Assembly: GCA_965223425.1 (NCBI GenBank)
Contig: OZ245003.1
Span: 1,792,001-1,856,000 of the forward strand
DNA length: 64,000 nucleotides
Origin: Nitrosopumilus sp.
GTDB taxonomy: Archaea; Thermoproteota; Nitrososphaeria; Nitrososphaerales; Nitrosopumilaceae
Direction of reading: 5' to 3'
Part shown: in pieces, positions 25,297 to 37,209 of the stretch
How the letters are laid out: each line of letters opens with the position of its first letter
Numbering within the stretch: the stretch's first letter is position 1
Position numbers and translations under genes: made by a program
The notes under the pieces: generated by a model
Database searches by the model: none
Seen by the model: the letters and a program-made list of their open reading frames with translations, nothing else
What the model was told of the DNA's origin: nothing

Positions 25297-26121
25297 ATGG
25301 GATTATTTGGTTCCAATAAAGAAAAACCAGAAGATTTACTATACAATGCAATGGCCATGGTGCAGAAAAATCAGCCAAAAAAAGCAGTCTCATTATTTGA
25401 TAAAGTTCTAAAACAAGACTCTGAAAATACTTCGGCGCTATTTAACAAAGGCCTGGCCTTAAATCAGATGAAAAAATACAGCGATGCAGTCACATGTTTT
25501 GATAAATTATTACAAATCAACCCAAAAGATGCTCAGGCATTTAACAACAAGGGAATTGCATTAGCAGAATTGGGTAACATTCAGGATGCCGCAGAATGCT
25601 ATGATAAAGCAATAGAATCAGATTCAAAATATGCTGCATCTTATTTTAACAAGGGGGTGTTACTTGACAAATTACAGGAACGTGAAGAAGCTATAGAAAT
25701 CTTAAACAAGGCAATCTCAATTGACCCAAAAAAACCCAATGCGTTGTTCTACAAAGGAATTGTGCTAGGTAAAATGAAAAAACATGAGGAAGCCTTGAAC
25801 TGTTTTCAAACAGTTTGTAAAAAATATCCAAAACACCAAGACGCATTTTTTCAAAAAGGGGTTCAGTTGGCAGAATTAGAACAGCACGAAAAAGCAATCA
25901 AGATATTTGATGAGATTCTATCAAAACTCAGAGATAATGCAAATGTCATTTATGCAAAATCACGAAGCAGGGCAGCGCTGGGGCAGTATCCAGAAGCGCT
26001 GGATTTACTAAAACAGGCAGTTTCAAAAAACCCCAAAGTTATTCGTTCATGGGCAAAAGAAGAAAAAGCATTTACTCATTTGCACAATGATGCCAAGTTT
26101 AGAGCACTAGTAAAATTATAG
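25297..26121 (+). CDS. Tetratricopeptide-repeat protein
   Basis: Repeated A.FNKG..L...Y..A...FDK 34-aa units. Confidence 0.92.
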   Translation: MGLFGSNKEKPEDLLYNAMAMVQKNQPKKAVSLFDKVLKQDSENTSALFNKGLALNQMKKYSDAVTCFDKLLQINPKDAQAFNNKGIALAELGNIQDAAECYDKAIESDSKYAASYFNKGVLLDKLQEREEAIEILNKAISIDPKKPNALFYKGIVLGKMKKHEEALNCFQTVCKKYPKHQDAFFQKGVQLAELEQHEKAIKIFDEILSKLRDNANVIYAKSRSRAALGQYPEALDLLKQAVSKNPKVIRSWAKEEKAFTHLHNDAKFRALVKL

Positions 26122-26823
26122 GATTTTTTTTCTTACAGCGTCTATTCTGATAATGCCGACTTTCTTTTTTGGACCAATCAGCCTTGCCTCAAAAATAGGC
26201 ACGTAAACTTTGGAAACCTCCCGTAAAACAAACTCATCGGACAAATTTCGAACATCAGCGTCTAAGGGTTTTTTTAATCTTGTTTGAAGTTTGTCAAGTA
26301 CCGCATCATAAGTTAATTCAGGTTCTTTAACATTTCGGGAATTTTTTTCAAGAATTCGTTTTGGATAATTCTCAATAGTTTTAGAGTTGATTTTAAACGG
26401 AAATTTAATCTCACGCCCATGATGATCAAAAGTTAATTCGTCTTCTTCTTCAACAAAAACATGCTCTTCTAACTTCAAATCAATCTTGTTTTTTCCACGT
26501 TTTCCAGAAAATGTTTTAGCAAACCCAGATTTTGAGCGCACAGGAAAAAGACCATCGCCTAACACTACATCGCGAATGTTATAATCAACAGATATGCTAT
26601 GGGTTGCTTTTCTGTAATAATCAGCCACATATTTTCCTGAAACCATCAAAATACACTCATGATATAATTCCAAAGAATGAACATGAACTTGTTCTTTTTT
26701 TGGTTTTGAAAGTAGAGATTTGAAAGGTTTTGTTTTCTTTTGTTCAATAATCTCCATAGCTTCTGTTTCATCAATATTTTTCCGAAGAACGACGGTTTTC
26801 ACATCATAAGCGTTATCTGCCAA
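26116..26823 (-). CDS. Conserved hypothetical protein
   Basis: 235-aa ORF with VYVPIFEA...RIDAV. Confidence 0.7.
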   Translation of the reverse strand: MADNAYDVKTVVLRKNIDETEAMEIIEQKKTKPFKSLLSKPKKEQVHVHSLELYHECILMVSGKYVADYYRKATHSISVDYNIRDVVLGDGLFPVRSKSGFAKTFSGKRGKNKIDLKLEEHVFVEEEDELTFDHHGREIKFPFKINSKTIENYPKRILEKNSRNVKEPELTYDAVLDKLQTRLKKPLDADVRNLSDEFVLREVSKVYVPIFEARLIGPKKKVGIIRIDAVRKKIL

Positions 26824-26904
26824 AACTAAACAAAATACACATTTCTATCTATTAAATCAATTCCGTTAAGAAAGAGATAATAGATTTGAAGGAATACTAA
26901 AAAC

Positions 26905-27270
26905 ATGGGAACAGCAAAAAAAGGCGGCTATATTGAGAAATTTCTAAAAAAAGCAGACAAGGCACTGCAAGAGGGGGTCAAAAAAGCAGACGAAGCATTA
27001 GATGACGCAGTAGAGCTTGGAATAATGACTGCAAAACAAGCCACAAAGACAAGTAAGGAGCTGCGCAATCAAGCAAAAAAAGAAAGGGATGCATTACAAA
27101 AAAAAGGAATTAAAAAGATCAATGAAGGCATATCGGCTGCAAAAAATGTGACTTCCAACACACAAAATGATTTGGAGGTACTGAAAAAACTTGGAAAATT
27201 AAGAAAGTCTCAAGTAATTACAGAAAAAGAATTCCAAGCAAAGAAAAAGAAAATTTTGGATAGAATTTAA
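26905..27270 (+). CDS. Coiled-coil protein with C-terminal SHOCT domain
   Basis: LKKLGKLRKSQVITEKEFQAKKKKIL. Confidence 0.8.
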   Translation: MGTAKKGGYIEKFLKKADKALQEGVKKADEALDDAVELGIMTAKQATKTSKELRNQAKKERDALQKKGIKKINEGISAAKNVTSNTQNDLEVLKKLGKLRKSQVITEKEFQAKKKKILDRI

Positions 27271-27271
27271 C

Positions 27272-27727
27272 ATGAAAAAATCAAGTATTTATGGAAAAGG
27301 AGACAAAAGAAAAGTAAATCCAAACTGGTTTACAAACAAAACATGGATGAAGATTTTATCAGAGAAAATAAAATCAAAAGAACAAGACATCTATCATGTA
27401 CATTTTGAGAAAGGAGCGAAAACAAAACTTCACGCACATAATGGAAATCAAGTGCTGATTGCAACAAAAGGAAAAGGCAGTCTTGAAATTTTTAGAAAGT
27501 ATGGAACAAGCAAAACTAGCTTTAGAATTAAAAGGACGCAGAAGATCTCCCTTGATGAGGGAGACATTGCGCATATTCCAGCAAAAACACTTCATACCCA
27601 CGGCTCAACTGATAAGAAAAGGACATTTTCCCATATTGCAATAAACGTCTTGCCTAAAAAAAATTCAGCATACAAAACAGCATGGTACGAGTCAGATTTT
27701 AAGACCAGAGTTTCAGAAATTATTTAG
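27272..27727 (+). CDS. Cupin-domain protein
   Basis: FEKGAKTKLHAH...EGDIAHIPAKTLHTHG. Confidence 0.85.
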   Translation: MKKSSIYGKGDKRKVNPNWFTNKTWMKILSEKIKSKEQDIYHVHFEKGAKTKLHAHNGNQVLIATKGKGSLEIFRKYGTSKTSFRIKRTQKISLDEGDIAHIPAKTLHTHGSTDKKRTFSHIAINVLPKKNSAYKTAWYESDFKTRVSEII

Positions 27728-27732
27728 ACAGC

Positions 27733-28095
27733 ATGTCAGTAAGAAAGAATTTTGAGATTGGCTTTATACAAGGTAGCGAAGGAAGTAAAATTAAACAGTA
27801 TTTTCACCCACACAACACGCTAAACGGAATCAGCTACAGCATAGCGCAATTTACGCTAGAACCGCAAAAAAAATCCAAACTCCACAAAATTAGCTCATCA
27901 GAGATTTACTATATTTTAGAAGGGAGAGGAGATCTGCAGATTGATGGGGAAACACATCATCTTGAAAAAGATGATTCAGCGTATGTTCCACCAAATTCTA
28001 AACAATTTATTAAAAATACAGGCGCAGTTGACTTGAGATTTTTATGTATAGTAGAACCTGCATGGAAGGCAGATGGTGAGATTTTGTTAGAATAA
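27733..28095 (+). CDS. Cupin-domain protein
   Basis: SEIYYILEGRG...DSAYVPPN...LRFLCIVEP. Confidence 0.85.
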   Translation: MSVRKNFEIGFIQGSEGSKIKQYFHPHNTLNGISYSIAQFTLEPQKKSKLHKISSSEIYYILEGRGDLQIDGETHHLEKDDSAYVPPNSKQFIKNTGAVDLRFLCIVEPAWKADGEILLE

Positions 28096-28111
28096 AGTCA
28101 AGACAATGTAA

Positions 28112-28831
28112 GTGTTTTTAACATATTACAAGTCTCTATTTTTAGTGAATACATACCAGGCACTCAAAGTATTGAATGTGGAACAAAATTCATCTCAAGA
28201 CGAGATCAAGACAGCTTATAGAAAACTAGCATTGGAACTGCATCCGGACAAAAATAAATACAATCGGGAAGATGCAGAATTCAAAAAAATCACAGAGGCA
28301 TACAATCATCTTAAGAAAAACCACAATGAAAAGAAAATCCCTCCTCAGGGACATTCTGAAAATAAACCAAAAACAAACTTTAAGAAAAAGTCTCAGTGGG
28401 GGGCAGCGCCAAAAGAAGAAGGGGAAAAAGAAGAAACTCCCGAGCAAGACTGGGGCAAATACACCAAAGAGTTTGAAGAAGGGGATCCCGACTTTTGGAA
28501 AGAATACAAACGAAAGTTTTGGGAGGAATACAATGCGCGCATACGACCAGATGGTAAAAATGGGGAATATGACAAAGCAAAGGAACCCAACAAACAGCCA
28601 AATCTGTTTGTAAATGTTGATGAGAGCTTGTGTATTGGCTGTTGCAGTTGTGAAATTATAGCGCCAGATGTTTTTCACATAAATAAAGAAAGCAAGTCAA
28701 ATCCAAAATCATCAGTGGTTAATCAAAAGGGTGCAAGAGTGAACAAAATAATGAATGCCGCAAGAACTTGCCCAACAAAGGCAATTAGCGTAGACGATAT
28801 AGACATGAAGGAAAGGCTGTTTCCCTACTGA
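28112..28831 (+). CDS. DnaJ-domain / ferredoxin fusion protein (DnaJ-Fer)
   Basis: J-domain HPD motif plus C-terminal CIGCCSC...CP ferredoxin motif; likely start about 28145. Confidence 0.9.
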   Translation: MFLTYYKSLFLVNTYQALKVLNVEQNSSQDEIKTAYRKLALELHPDKNKYNREDAEFKKITEAYNHLKKNHNEKKIPPQGHSENKPKTNFKKKSQWGAAPKEEGEKEETPEQDWGKYTKEFEEGDPDFWKEYKRKFWEEYNARIRPDGKNGEYDKAKEPNKQPNLFVNVDESLCIGCCSCEIIAPDVFHINKESKSNPKSSVVNQKGARVNKIMNAARTCPTKAISVDDIDMKERLFPY

Positions 28832-29241
28832 GATTGGATTTTTAATTTATTGTAAAGTTCTTCAATTTCAGATTCGGATAATTTCAATGTAGTGTTAAAC
28901 ATGCTGTGAATCGTACCTGCAGAATCATCTGAACTTCTAGGAACAAGATGTACATGAACATGCGGTACTTCTTGACCAGCTCCTTTTCCATCATGCACAG
29001 CAACCAAAGTTGCACCAGTCAGGCCATCTACTTTAGGAATCATCTCATGTACAAGTGAAAACAAGTCGGTATTTTCTTCAGGACTTAATTCTTGAATTTT
29101 TTGATGGTGGTTTTTTGGAATTACAAGAACATGTCCTTTTGCAAGAGGAAATGCATCTAAAAAAGATATTGAGCTTGTTGTCTCCTTGAGAATTTTTGCA
29201 GGAATGTCACCGGCGATGATCTTACAGAAAATACAGTCCAT
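28825..29241 (-). CDS. HIT-family nucleotide hydrolase
   Basis: DCIFCKI...GHVLVIPK...[15 protein letters not shown]. Confidence 0.93.
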   Translation of the reverse strand: MDCIFCKIIAGDIPAKILKETTSSISFLDAFPLAKGHVLVIPKNHHQKIQELSPEENTDLFSLVHEMIPKVDGLTGATLVAVHDGKGAGQEVPHVHVHLVPRSSDDSAGTIHSMFNTTLKLSESEIEELYNKLKIQSQ

Positions 29242-32200
29242 ACTACTGGTTCATAAAATTTTCAGAATATTAAATCATTGTTTAACTACTCGTTTCCATG
29301 ATTTTAATTTATCAAAATCATATATTTTATGCCCGGATTTACATGCTCTTCAAGGAATCAACTTCTTTAAACTGTTCAACATATTCCATTAGTAGACCTT
29401 ATGCGTAATCGATCAAACTAATATTGCTAGATGATTTTTGCCTTAGTAAACCAATTTGATTTTGAATTTTTAGTCGATTACGCATAAGGTCTACTGGAAA
29501 CTTGAAAGGGGTTTTTTGAATGATTTCTGAGATTTTGAACGAGTGTAAAGATAGGCGGGTGCTGGGAATTACAAGTCGTCAGTTTAGATGCAAAATAAAG
29601 AAAAGAGTTTTGAAATGGTTTCTTTCTCGAACCATCAGGGTTACACCGTACCTGGATGCCGTTGTCGTGAACCTGCTGTGTACTGACGGCCATTGTCACC
29701 TGCTGTTTCCTGCATTTACTGCCTTTCCACATAGCCCACTGTTATAGTATCAGAGCTTGCCGAATTGCCTTCTGCATCGGTGACGGTGCACTGCAGCTCT
29801 ACATTTCCTACAGTGTCTGCAGAGTATACTATTGTTGCAAAGTTGTCAAAGGCTTCAGCATGTGTGCCGTTTATGTTCCAGGATGTGTCATAATGATGCG
29901 GAATATGCACCGAATCATCATATGACACGTAGCATGTTGCATGCACATACTCGTTCACAAAAGGGCTCGGATTATTGGCCGTCACCATGACAGATTCCAC
30001 ATTGCTGTGATCGGCAGCTATCAGTGCGTTGCCATAAGCCGTACTGGACTCACCGGATGCCCCAGATGATCCGGCCGCTGTGGCAGGTGCGTCTGCCTGG
30101 GATGCAGGGGAACGAGAAGGGGAAGAAAAATACGTCACGCTTTTTGTGGCGTTCCCATCGATGGTTATTTTCAACAGCGCATCATGTACGACCGTATACG
30201 GAACGGATCCCTCAAGTCCGTCTTTTGATATGCCGACTGTATAGTTGTTAAACACAAGCTTGTTGGCATTGTGAAAGGTGGAGTTTGCCATGAATTTTGT
30301 CAGCACCTGCTGCGGCACGTGTCCTGTGGAGTTCGTGATGAGGGATATGTGTGAGGTCGGGTTTTCATGGTCATCAACACCCGGACTGTCGGCAATGGTT
30401 ATGGTGGCATTGGCGACAGGCAGGGAGCTTCCATCTAGCACCTGCAGATCCAGCCTGTTCTGGACGAACACCTTGGCTGTGACATCAGGCCCAAAATAAA
30501 TGCCGTTCTCGTCAAAATCTACGCTGACCATAAAGCTCTCACCCGAAAACAGGTTCGGACTGCTAAAGGGGTATTTTGATATGCGTACGTCCGGCGATAT
30601 GGGGGCATCTATCACATCATCATAAAAGGTGTTGTTGCCATATCCAGAATGCATACTCACGCCACAGTTAGTTGGTGAGGAATTCGAGGGTGTGATGTGG
30701 TTGTGCGCAAAGTAGTTGCTCACCGAATACGCGATGTCACTGTAAGTTATCGAGATTCCGCAGTTGTTCCTATAGCCATCTGTGAAGATGGTGTTGTGTG
30801 TAGCGTTGATTTTGTGTGTGTTAAAAAATTGCAGTCCTGTATTGGTATACAGAAGGCCGTCTGTGCTGATCGTGTTGTTGTGTATTGCAATGTCTGTGCT
30901 GTATCTGACATACATCCCGTCGTTGAATCGCTCACCGTCAGCGACAATGCTGTTGTTTGAGACGGTGACATTTTCAGAGTGGTCTACGCGTATTGCCTTG
31001 CTGTGCTGGACACCGTATGTGGATATGGTGTTTCCGTCTGCGGTGCTATTGTGTGAGTGAAGAAAATAGATCCCCTTGTTGAAGTTGCCCGTTCCGTTGG
31101 GATAAATCAGGTTGTCAGTTATGGTCATGCCATATCCGGTCAGAAACATTCCAGAGTTTGACTGCCTGCCAAAGGTGTAGACGGTGTTGTTTGTTATTGT
31201 AGAATCATCGCCATGAACAGTCATTCCACTGCTGATGCTTTCTGGGTTGTCAACTGAGACCACGTTTCCGTAAATTTTGGCAAAGTCAGTATCCAAATTC
31301 AGGTGTATTCCTGCCCCCAGCCCGAGATTGCGAATGTCGCTGTTTGCGATCCTGGGGCTTTCCGCAATAATTGCGTATACGGCATGGGCATATGACGTTC
31401 CGTTATACTTTACTGCCAGGTTGGCCAGCGTGACGTTGCTTGCACGATACACCTCGACTGTATGACCGGTCAAGTTGGACCAGATCAACGGACGCGGGCT
31501 GGCAGAGGAGACAAGAAACAGCCCGTCCACGTTAATGTCAAGGGATTCATTGTATTCCCGCGAGTCGGCAATCACCACGGCATCGCCTGTGGTTGCAGAA
31601 CCCACCGCTTCACGTATTGACGTGTGGTTGCAGCCTGCAGCGCATACAGTGAATATGGACTCTACGACTGCCACAGTCCGGGTTTTTTGCTCGGCGTGGT
31701 TTTTTGACGAGTCCTGCACGTCATAGGTCAGGACGTATTCCCCGATGGTGTCTGTATCCACAGTGCCCTTGATTGTGATTTTGCCTGAGATGTCTCCGTC
31801 TGTGTTGTCGGTTGCAGTTGCAGTCTCTACAAACTCGCCTTGCTGCTCTACCACGACTAGATCATACCCGTTCAGTGAGATTACAGGCGGTACTGCGTCC
31901 TGCACTGTTCGCACCGTTATTGTCTGCGTCGCACTGGCGCTGTTTCCCGTAAAGTCAGTTGCAGTCCACAGTATGGTGGTGGTGGTGCCCACCGGAAAGG
32001 ATCCTGTAGCGTTGCTGGTTATGACAGGAGAGCTGTCCACCAGATCAGTCGCCGTAGCCGCTCCATAATCGCTTTGTGACAGGACCATAGACGTATCAGT
32101 GGCCTCAAACGTGGCATCGCCTGGCGCCGTGATTGCCGGAGGTGTTGTGTCTTGCACGGTGATTGTCTGTGTGCCAGTTGCGATATTTCCTGAAGAGTCA

Positions 32201-35200
32201 GTTGCAGTCCAGCTAATAATCGTATTACCAAGCGGGAATGTACTTGTAGCGTTATTTGCAACTGTTATGGATTGATCATAGTTATCAGTAACTGTTGCAT
32301 TGCCATAGTCATTAGAAGTTAACGGAGTCAATACTCCTGTTGCCTCAAATACCTTGTCGCCGGGAATCGCAAGGACGGGGGCAACGGTGTCCCCAACTGC
32401 TACACGTATGGTTTGGGAGTACACCCTGTCAAAGCCGTCACGGTATGCGTGTACGTGGTAGTAAAACGAGTTGCCTGCAGATACATGCGGGTCAGTGTAG
32501 GTAAAGGTATCTGCGCTTTCATAAGAAATAAAGTGGAACCGCCACGAATTGGCAGCATCGCTTCGCCTTACGTCAAAGCCTGCTATGGTATCGTCATCGG
32601 GGATGTCCCACGTCAGTGTCACCGAGTTTGCAGTGGCGTTGGCACGAAGGTTAAGTGAGATAGGCGGGGCAGGTGCAGACACGCTGACTGTGACGCCAAA
32701 GCTGGTGCTGGCAGCGTTTCCCGAATCATCAGTTGCAGTGCAGGTCACAGTAGTGGTGCCGGGGGCAAACACAGATCCCGGTTCTGGCGTGCACGAGACT
32801 GCAACGTCCGGATCCACGGTATCTGCAGCTGCTGGCACATCAAAGGTTACGACATGTGCGGTGCCTGGTTCAAACAGTCGGGTGATATCGCCGCGTGCCG
32901 GTATCGTGGGGGGAGTTGTGTCCCGTATGGTGACGCTTTGGGTGTCAGTTGCGGTATTTCCTGAATCATCAGTTGCAGTCCAGGTGACTATTGTTATGCC
33001 AAGAGGAAAGGAGGCAGGCGCATCATTGGTTATTGCGGGACTGGGATCCGCGTTGTCAGTGGCAGCTGCGGTTCCCAGCTGGGCTGCAGTTATCGTCGTT
33101 CTTGCACCTGCAGCTTCAAATGCAACGTCAGCTGGCGCCGTGACTATCGGGGGTGTGGTGTCTGGTGGCGGTGGCGGATTTACTCCGCCGCCTCCGCCTC
33201 CACCACCACCAGTTACAGTTACAGTGAATCTTTCAGTGTCGGATTTGCCGTTGGCTGTTGCCTTTACGGTTATTGTGTGGGTTCCAACGTCTGAGCTTGC
33301 AGGATCAATCCTTATCGTCGTGCCAGACATTGTAACAAAGTCAGGAGGGCTCACAAGGGACAGTGCAATGGCATCATTTTCTGCATCAGTTGCAGTGACG
33401 CTTATGTTCCGTACCTGGGTGTGCCTGAGGCTTTGATCTGAAATGGAGGATATTACAGGTGCCGTATCAGGCCTTGGCGCTATTGAGAGGTCATCTACCT
33501 CCACTGTCTCTCTTACAGACGAGGACTTTGCAAGGAGCCTAAAGCTTGCCGTGTCATCTGATATGTCAAGTGTAAGGGATTCATCGACCCAGGCGTCTGT
33601 GTTCTCGTTGTTGTCTTCTGTATATGTGGCCAGGTTGATCCAGTTTGTGCCATCCGTTGAATACTGTATGTACAGACCCTCAGAACGATCAACGCTGTTG
33701 TTTACAAACCGCTTGAAGCTTATCACAAGCGGGCTGCTGGTGTCAAGACTTGAGTTTAGCGTAGCTATGCATTCAGTGCGGCAATTGCTGGAGACTAGCA
33801 CACGGTTGCCGGCATCGGAGTTGGGTATGTTCTCATCTGGGCCACCTCTTGTCCAGTTAGAGTCGCCGGACATTGTCCACAATGACAAGTCATTTTGGAA
33901 GTTATCCGTAAATGAGGTGATGACATCGGGGGAAGTGGTCGGTGGCGTGGTTGGAGGCGGTATTGTTGGAGGCGGTATTGTTGGAGGTGGCGTGGTTTCA
34001 AAAGGATATTTATCAATCGGATGGGTGCTGGCAATTGCATATGGCTCGTTGAGTTTGGTTATTGTAGAGCCATCTGAGCTTACGATTATATTGTAATAAC
34101 CCGTTTGCGGGGCGTCAAATACGACAAATTCATTGGTCTGATGTTCTGAGTCACTTGTCTTCTTGGTGCCGTCAGGAAAAGTCACAGATAGATTGTAATC
34201 GTGGTACTGGTCGTTTGGTGCAACATGTGGACTATTAAACGGCTGCTGTGGATCCAATATGGTGCCGCGTGGGTGAACCAGCCATGACATTATTACCTTT
34301 ACTCTGTCATCTTGTTGCGCGTATATCCTGTATTGTTGATCTGGAAAGTCGTTTGTGCTCTGGTCTGATATGATATTTGGATGTGTGTTGTCAGCAGCAT
34401 ATTCTAGCGACTTTGCCGTATCGAGTATGCCGAATCCCACGTTGTTGATTATTCCAAGTCCCGTTGGCCCGTTTGCAAAGTTCTGATTTGTCGGCTTGTA
34501 GTCATGTGAACATAGTCGATTTGCTCCACCGAGTTCATATTCGGAGGCTGTGCATGGCACGGGACCGGTCCAGTTTGCGCCAACCAATAGGGCAGCCTTT
34601 ACCTCGATTGGCGTCCAATCCGTCCTTAGCTGCAACAGCATGGCTGCAGTAGCAGACACCTGAGGTGCGGCATAACTAGTTCCATTACGCGGATCGGTAG
34701 TACTGTTGGCAATAAAGCTAAGGGTTTGAATGTTAGTTGCCGGTGCCACTATTTCGGGCTTTAGTATAACGGTTCCACCAGCAGGACCCCTACTAGAACT
34801 ATCATACATGCTGATTGATCCTGGACCACGATCGTTGATGCCGCCTACGGAGATCACATTGCTTCCGCATCCAGGATTAGTTATGGACTCGTAAGTTACG
34901 GCACCATTTATTGAGCCTTCATTTCCTGCTGATTTGACTGCAACCATGTTCTTGTCAACAGATTCGTTTACTATGAGATCAAGAGATGTGGTGTGATCAA
35001 TATTCTGATGGCACCAAGCATCCAGGGTTGAACCAAGTATCCGAAAACTCATGTTTACGACATCTGCATTGTTTCTAAGGGCATAATCAAGTCCATGCGC
35101 TATGCCACTTGCACCTTCACCAAACCGAATATCCAAAATGTGCACTCCGGGGGCAATGCCGTTGTGTTCTGGAAGTCCGGATGCTGCAAGAACCTGTGCT

Positions 35201-35485
35201 ACTTGTGTGCCATGGGACGTGATAATGTGATATGGGTTTTTTAAACCAGGTATATTTGAGGGATTAGTAGAGTTGCATCCCATGCTATCACACAAAACAT
35301 GTGCGAGGATTCTGCCACTAAATGCGGTGTTGTGTCTAATGCCAGTGTCTATGACTCCGACTATTATTCCCAAACCATCAAGATTTCTTCCTGTGGCTGT
35401 ACGTATTTCGTCGGCAGTAGCATGTATTGTCTGACGCGCAGTGTCTACCTCCGACACCGCCAGAAGCTCGCCATCACCTAGGCGG

Positions 35486-36559
35486 GGGGTTGTCGCCAAA
35501 TTCGACCAAATGATCTAATTTTGTGATTTTTCACGCATATTGATCAGGGAGGATGTGAGTTCTCTAATGATCTGTCATAAGAGACGTGATCAGTACTGGA
35601 AGTACTATCACGATGCCCACACCCGAGAACTGGATTTTCTCACGTCCCATATAGTTTCTTTGATTGTGAAAAATCCGTGTCCCGTACATGCCAGAAGGTC
35701 TGGTGCGGGGCGCAAACCGGTACATGACAAAAACAAGCTTGCATTTCTCTGCATACTCACGGTGTGCCTTGACTTTACATTCAGGGACATGGAGAATCTT
35801 GCAGCCCTGCTGAGGATGCCGTGGAACGAACCCCTGCCGGATCACAGCACCATTGCCAGGTTCATGCAAAAGATTCCTGTTGCGTGGCTTGAGGACATGA
35901 TTGCCGTCACGGCAGCATCGTGCCTTGCAGGATTTGACGTCTCTGATCTCACGCTGGCATCAGACAGCAGCGGCGTTGCCACTGACAGGTATGAAAGGGT
36001 GCAAAAAAAGGCCAGAAACAGGCACAAACCGGAGGCAAAGCGTCAAAAGAAGTATCTGAAATGGCACGTGGCCTCGGTACTGGGCCTGCAGGTCATACTC
36101 TCCTGCCGCATCACATCCAACAGGATGGCAGACACTACAGTCTTTGCCTCGCTGCTAAAGAAGATCAAAAAGACAGGCATTGCCTTTGCAGGCAGGTTCA
36201 ACGCAGACAGGGGGTATGATTCGGATAGGAACTGCAGGCTTGTCTTTGGTGCCGGCATGACCCCGAACATAAAGCAGAGGGGCAATGCCGTGAACAGAAC
36301 AAAAAAGTTCAGGAAAAAGGCCGCAGGGCTGTTTGACGGGGAGATCTACAAAAAACGAGGCATGATAGAGGGAATATTTGGAGCAGAGGAGACAGAGGGC
36401 CACAGGTTGCTGTGCAGGTTCAGAAAGACATCCACAAGAAGGCGGTTTGGACTGTGCAAGACAATAGGATGGAACTTGGAAGTGTTAAACCGTCTAGAGT
36501 GCGCCGCAAGGCGAAATATTCAGGTGGTGGCAGCTTGATGTGAATTTGGCGACAACCCC
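35486..36559 (+). mobile_element. IS5-family element, 1074 bp
   Basis: Perfect 18-bp TIR GGGGTTGTCGCCAAATTC; direct repeat CCTAGGCGG at 35477-35485 and 36560-36568. Confidence 0.93.
35540..36538 (+). CDS. IS5-family DDE transposase
   Basis: PDHSTIAR, DSSG, ADRGYDS, YKKRGMIEGIF. Confidence 0.9.
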   Translation: MIREDVSSLMICHKRRDQYWKYYHDAHTRELDFLTSHIVSLIVKNPCPVHARRSGAGRKPVHDKNKLAFLCILTVCLDFTFRDMENLAALLRMPWNEPLPDHSTIARFMQKIPVAWLEDMIAVTAASCLAGFDVSDLTLASDSSGVATDRYERVQKKARNRHKPEAKRQKKYLKWHVASVLGLQVILSCRITSNRMADTTVFASLLKKIKKTGIAFAGRFNADRGYDSDRNCRLVFGAGMTPNIKQRGNAVNRTKKFRKKAAGLFDGEIYKKRGMIEGIFGAEETEGHRLLCRFRKTSTRRRFGLCKTIGWNLEVLNRLECAARRNIQVVAA

Positions 36560-37209
36560 CCTAGGCGGTACATCTCATCGTGGAGAGATAATCCAGGGAT
36601 CTCTTCTACAGGTATGGAGGCCGTTACAAATGAAAGGGATTGAGCAGACACTATGTTACGCGCCCCCACAAGCTCCAGCATCTTTACAACGGCATCCTTG
36701 TTTTTGCCTGCAACCTCATCGCTACCGATTCCGTCTCCTTCATCCCTGACTACCACTATTATGGTGTTGTAGTAACGCGTATCATTGTGTATGCTGACAT
36801 GGCCAACTTGTGGATCCTTTTGTATAAGACCCTGAATCTTTTGGTAGAATCCATGGTCAAACTTGGATTCTATTGCTACCCCAACAGGACCTGGCGGCGT
36901 AGTTGGGATAATGTCTCCAGGTATATCGGAGTTTTGGTCGCCATCATTTGTGGTCTGAGCTGATGCCATACCTAATGAGACGACCATCAATACCAGAATC
37001 ACCGGAATTAAGAGATTATAGACCAATGATCACGTATTTCACATTAGAATAAAATGTTGTCGAATGACGTATAATCTCCATATTCTAACTTCAGGCACAG
37101 AATGCTTGGTTTTTTGATTCTGTTTGGGCACAGACAGCATGTGACAAAATCAAGAAAGTTGATCAGACCACTTTATGTAAAACCGCAGTCAGTCTTGACT
37201 ACTGCCAAG

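Larger units (their letters stand above)
29716..37026 (-). pseudogene. Giant secreted S8 (subtilase) protease, about 2075 aa reconstructed, with HYR/Ig-like, FN3 and beta-helix domains; interrupted by IS5
   Basis: Signal peptide and prodomain (37026-36560); catalytic IDTG, HGT and GTSYAAP; DTTPP..TWTATD repeats; NosD-like beta-helix. DEMYRL|GDGE rejoins in frame after removing the IS. Confidence 0.9.

Noticed and set aside
28112-28831. DnaJ-ferredoxin fusion as a novelty
   Set aside because: Already described in Thaumarchaeota and green plants.
29300-29715. Short overlapping ORFs downstream of the protease
   Set aside because: No motifs and conflicting frames; not supportable.
32549-34096. 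Long plus-strand ORFs (295 and 217 aa)
   Set aside because: Antisense shadows of the GC-rich protease gene.
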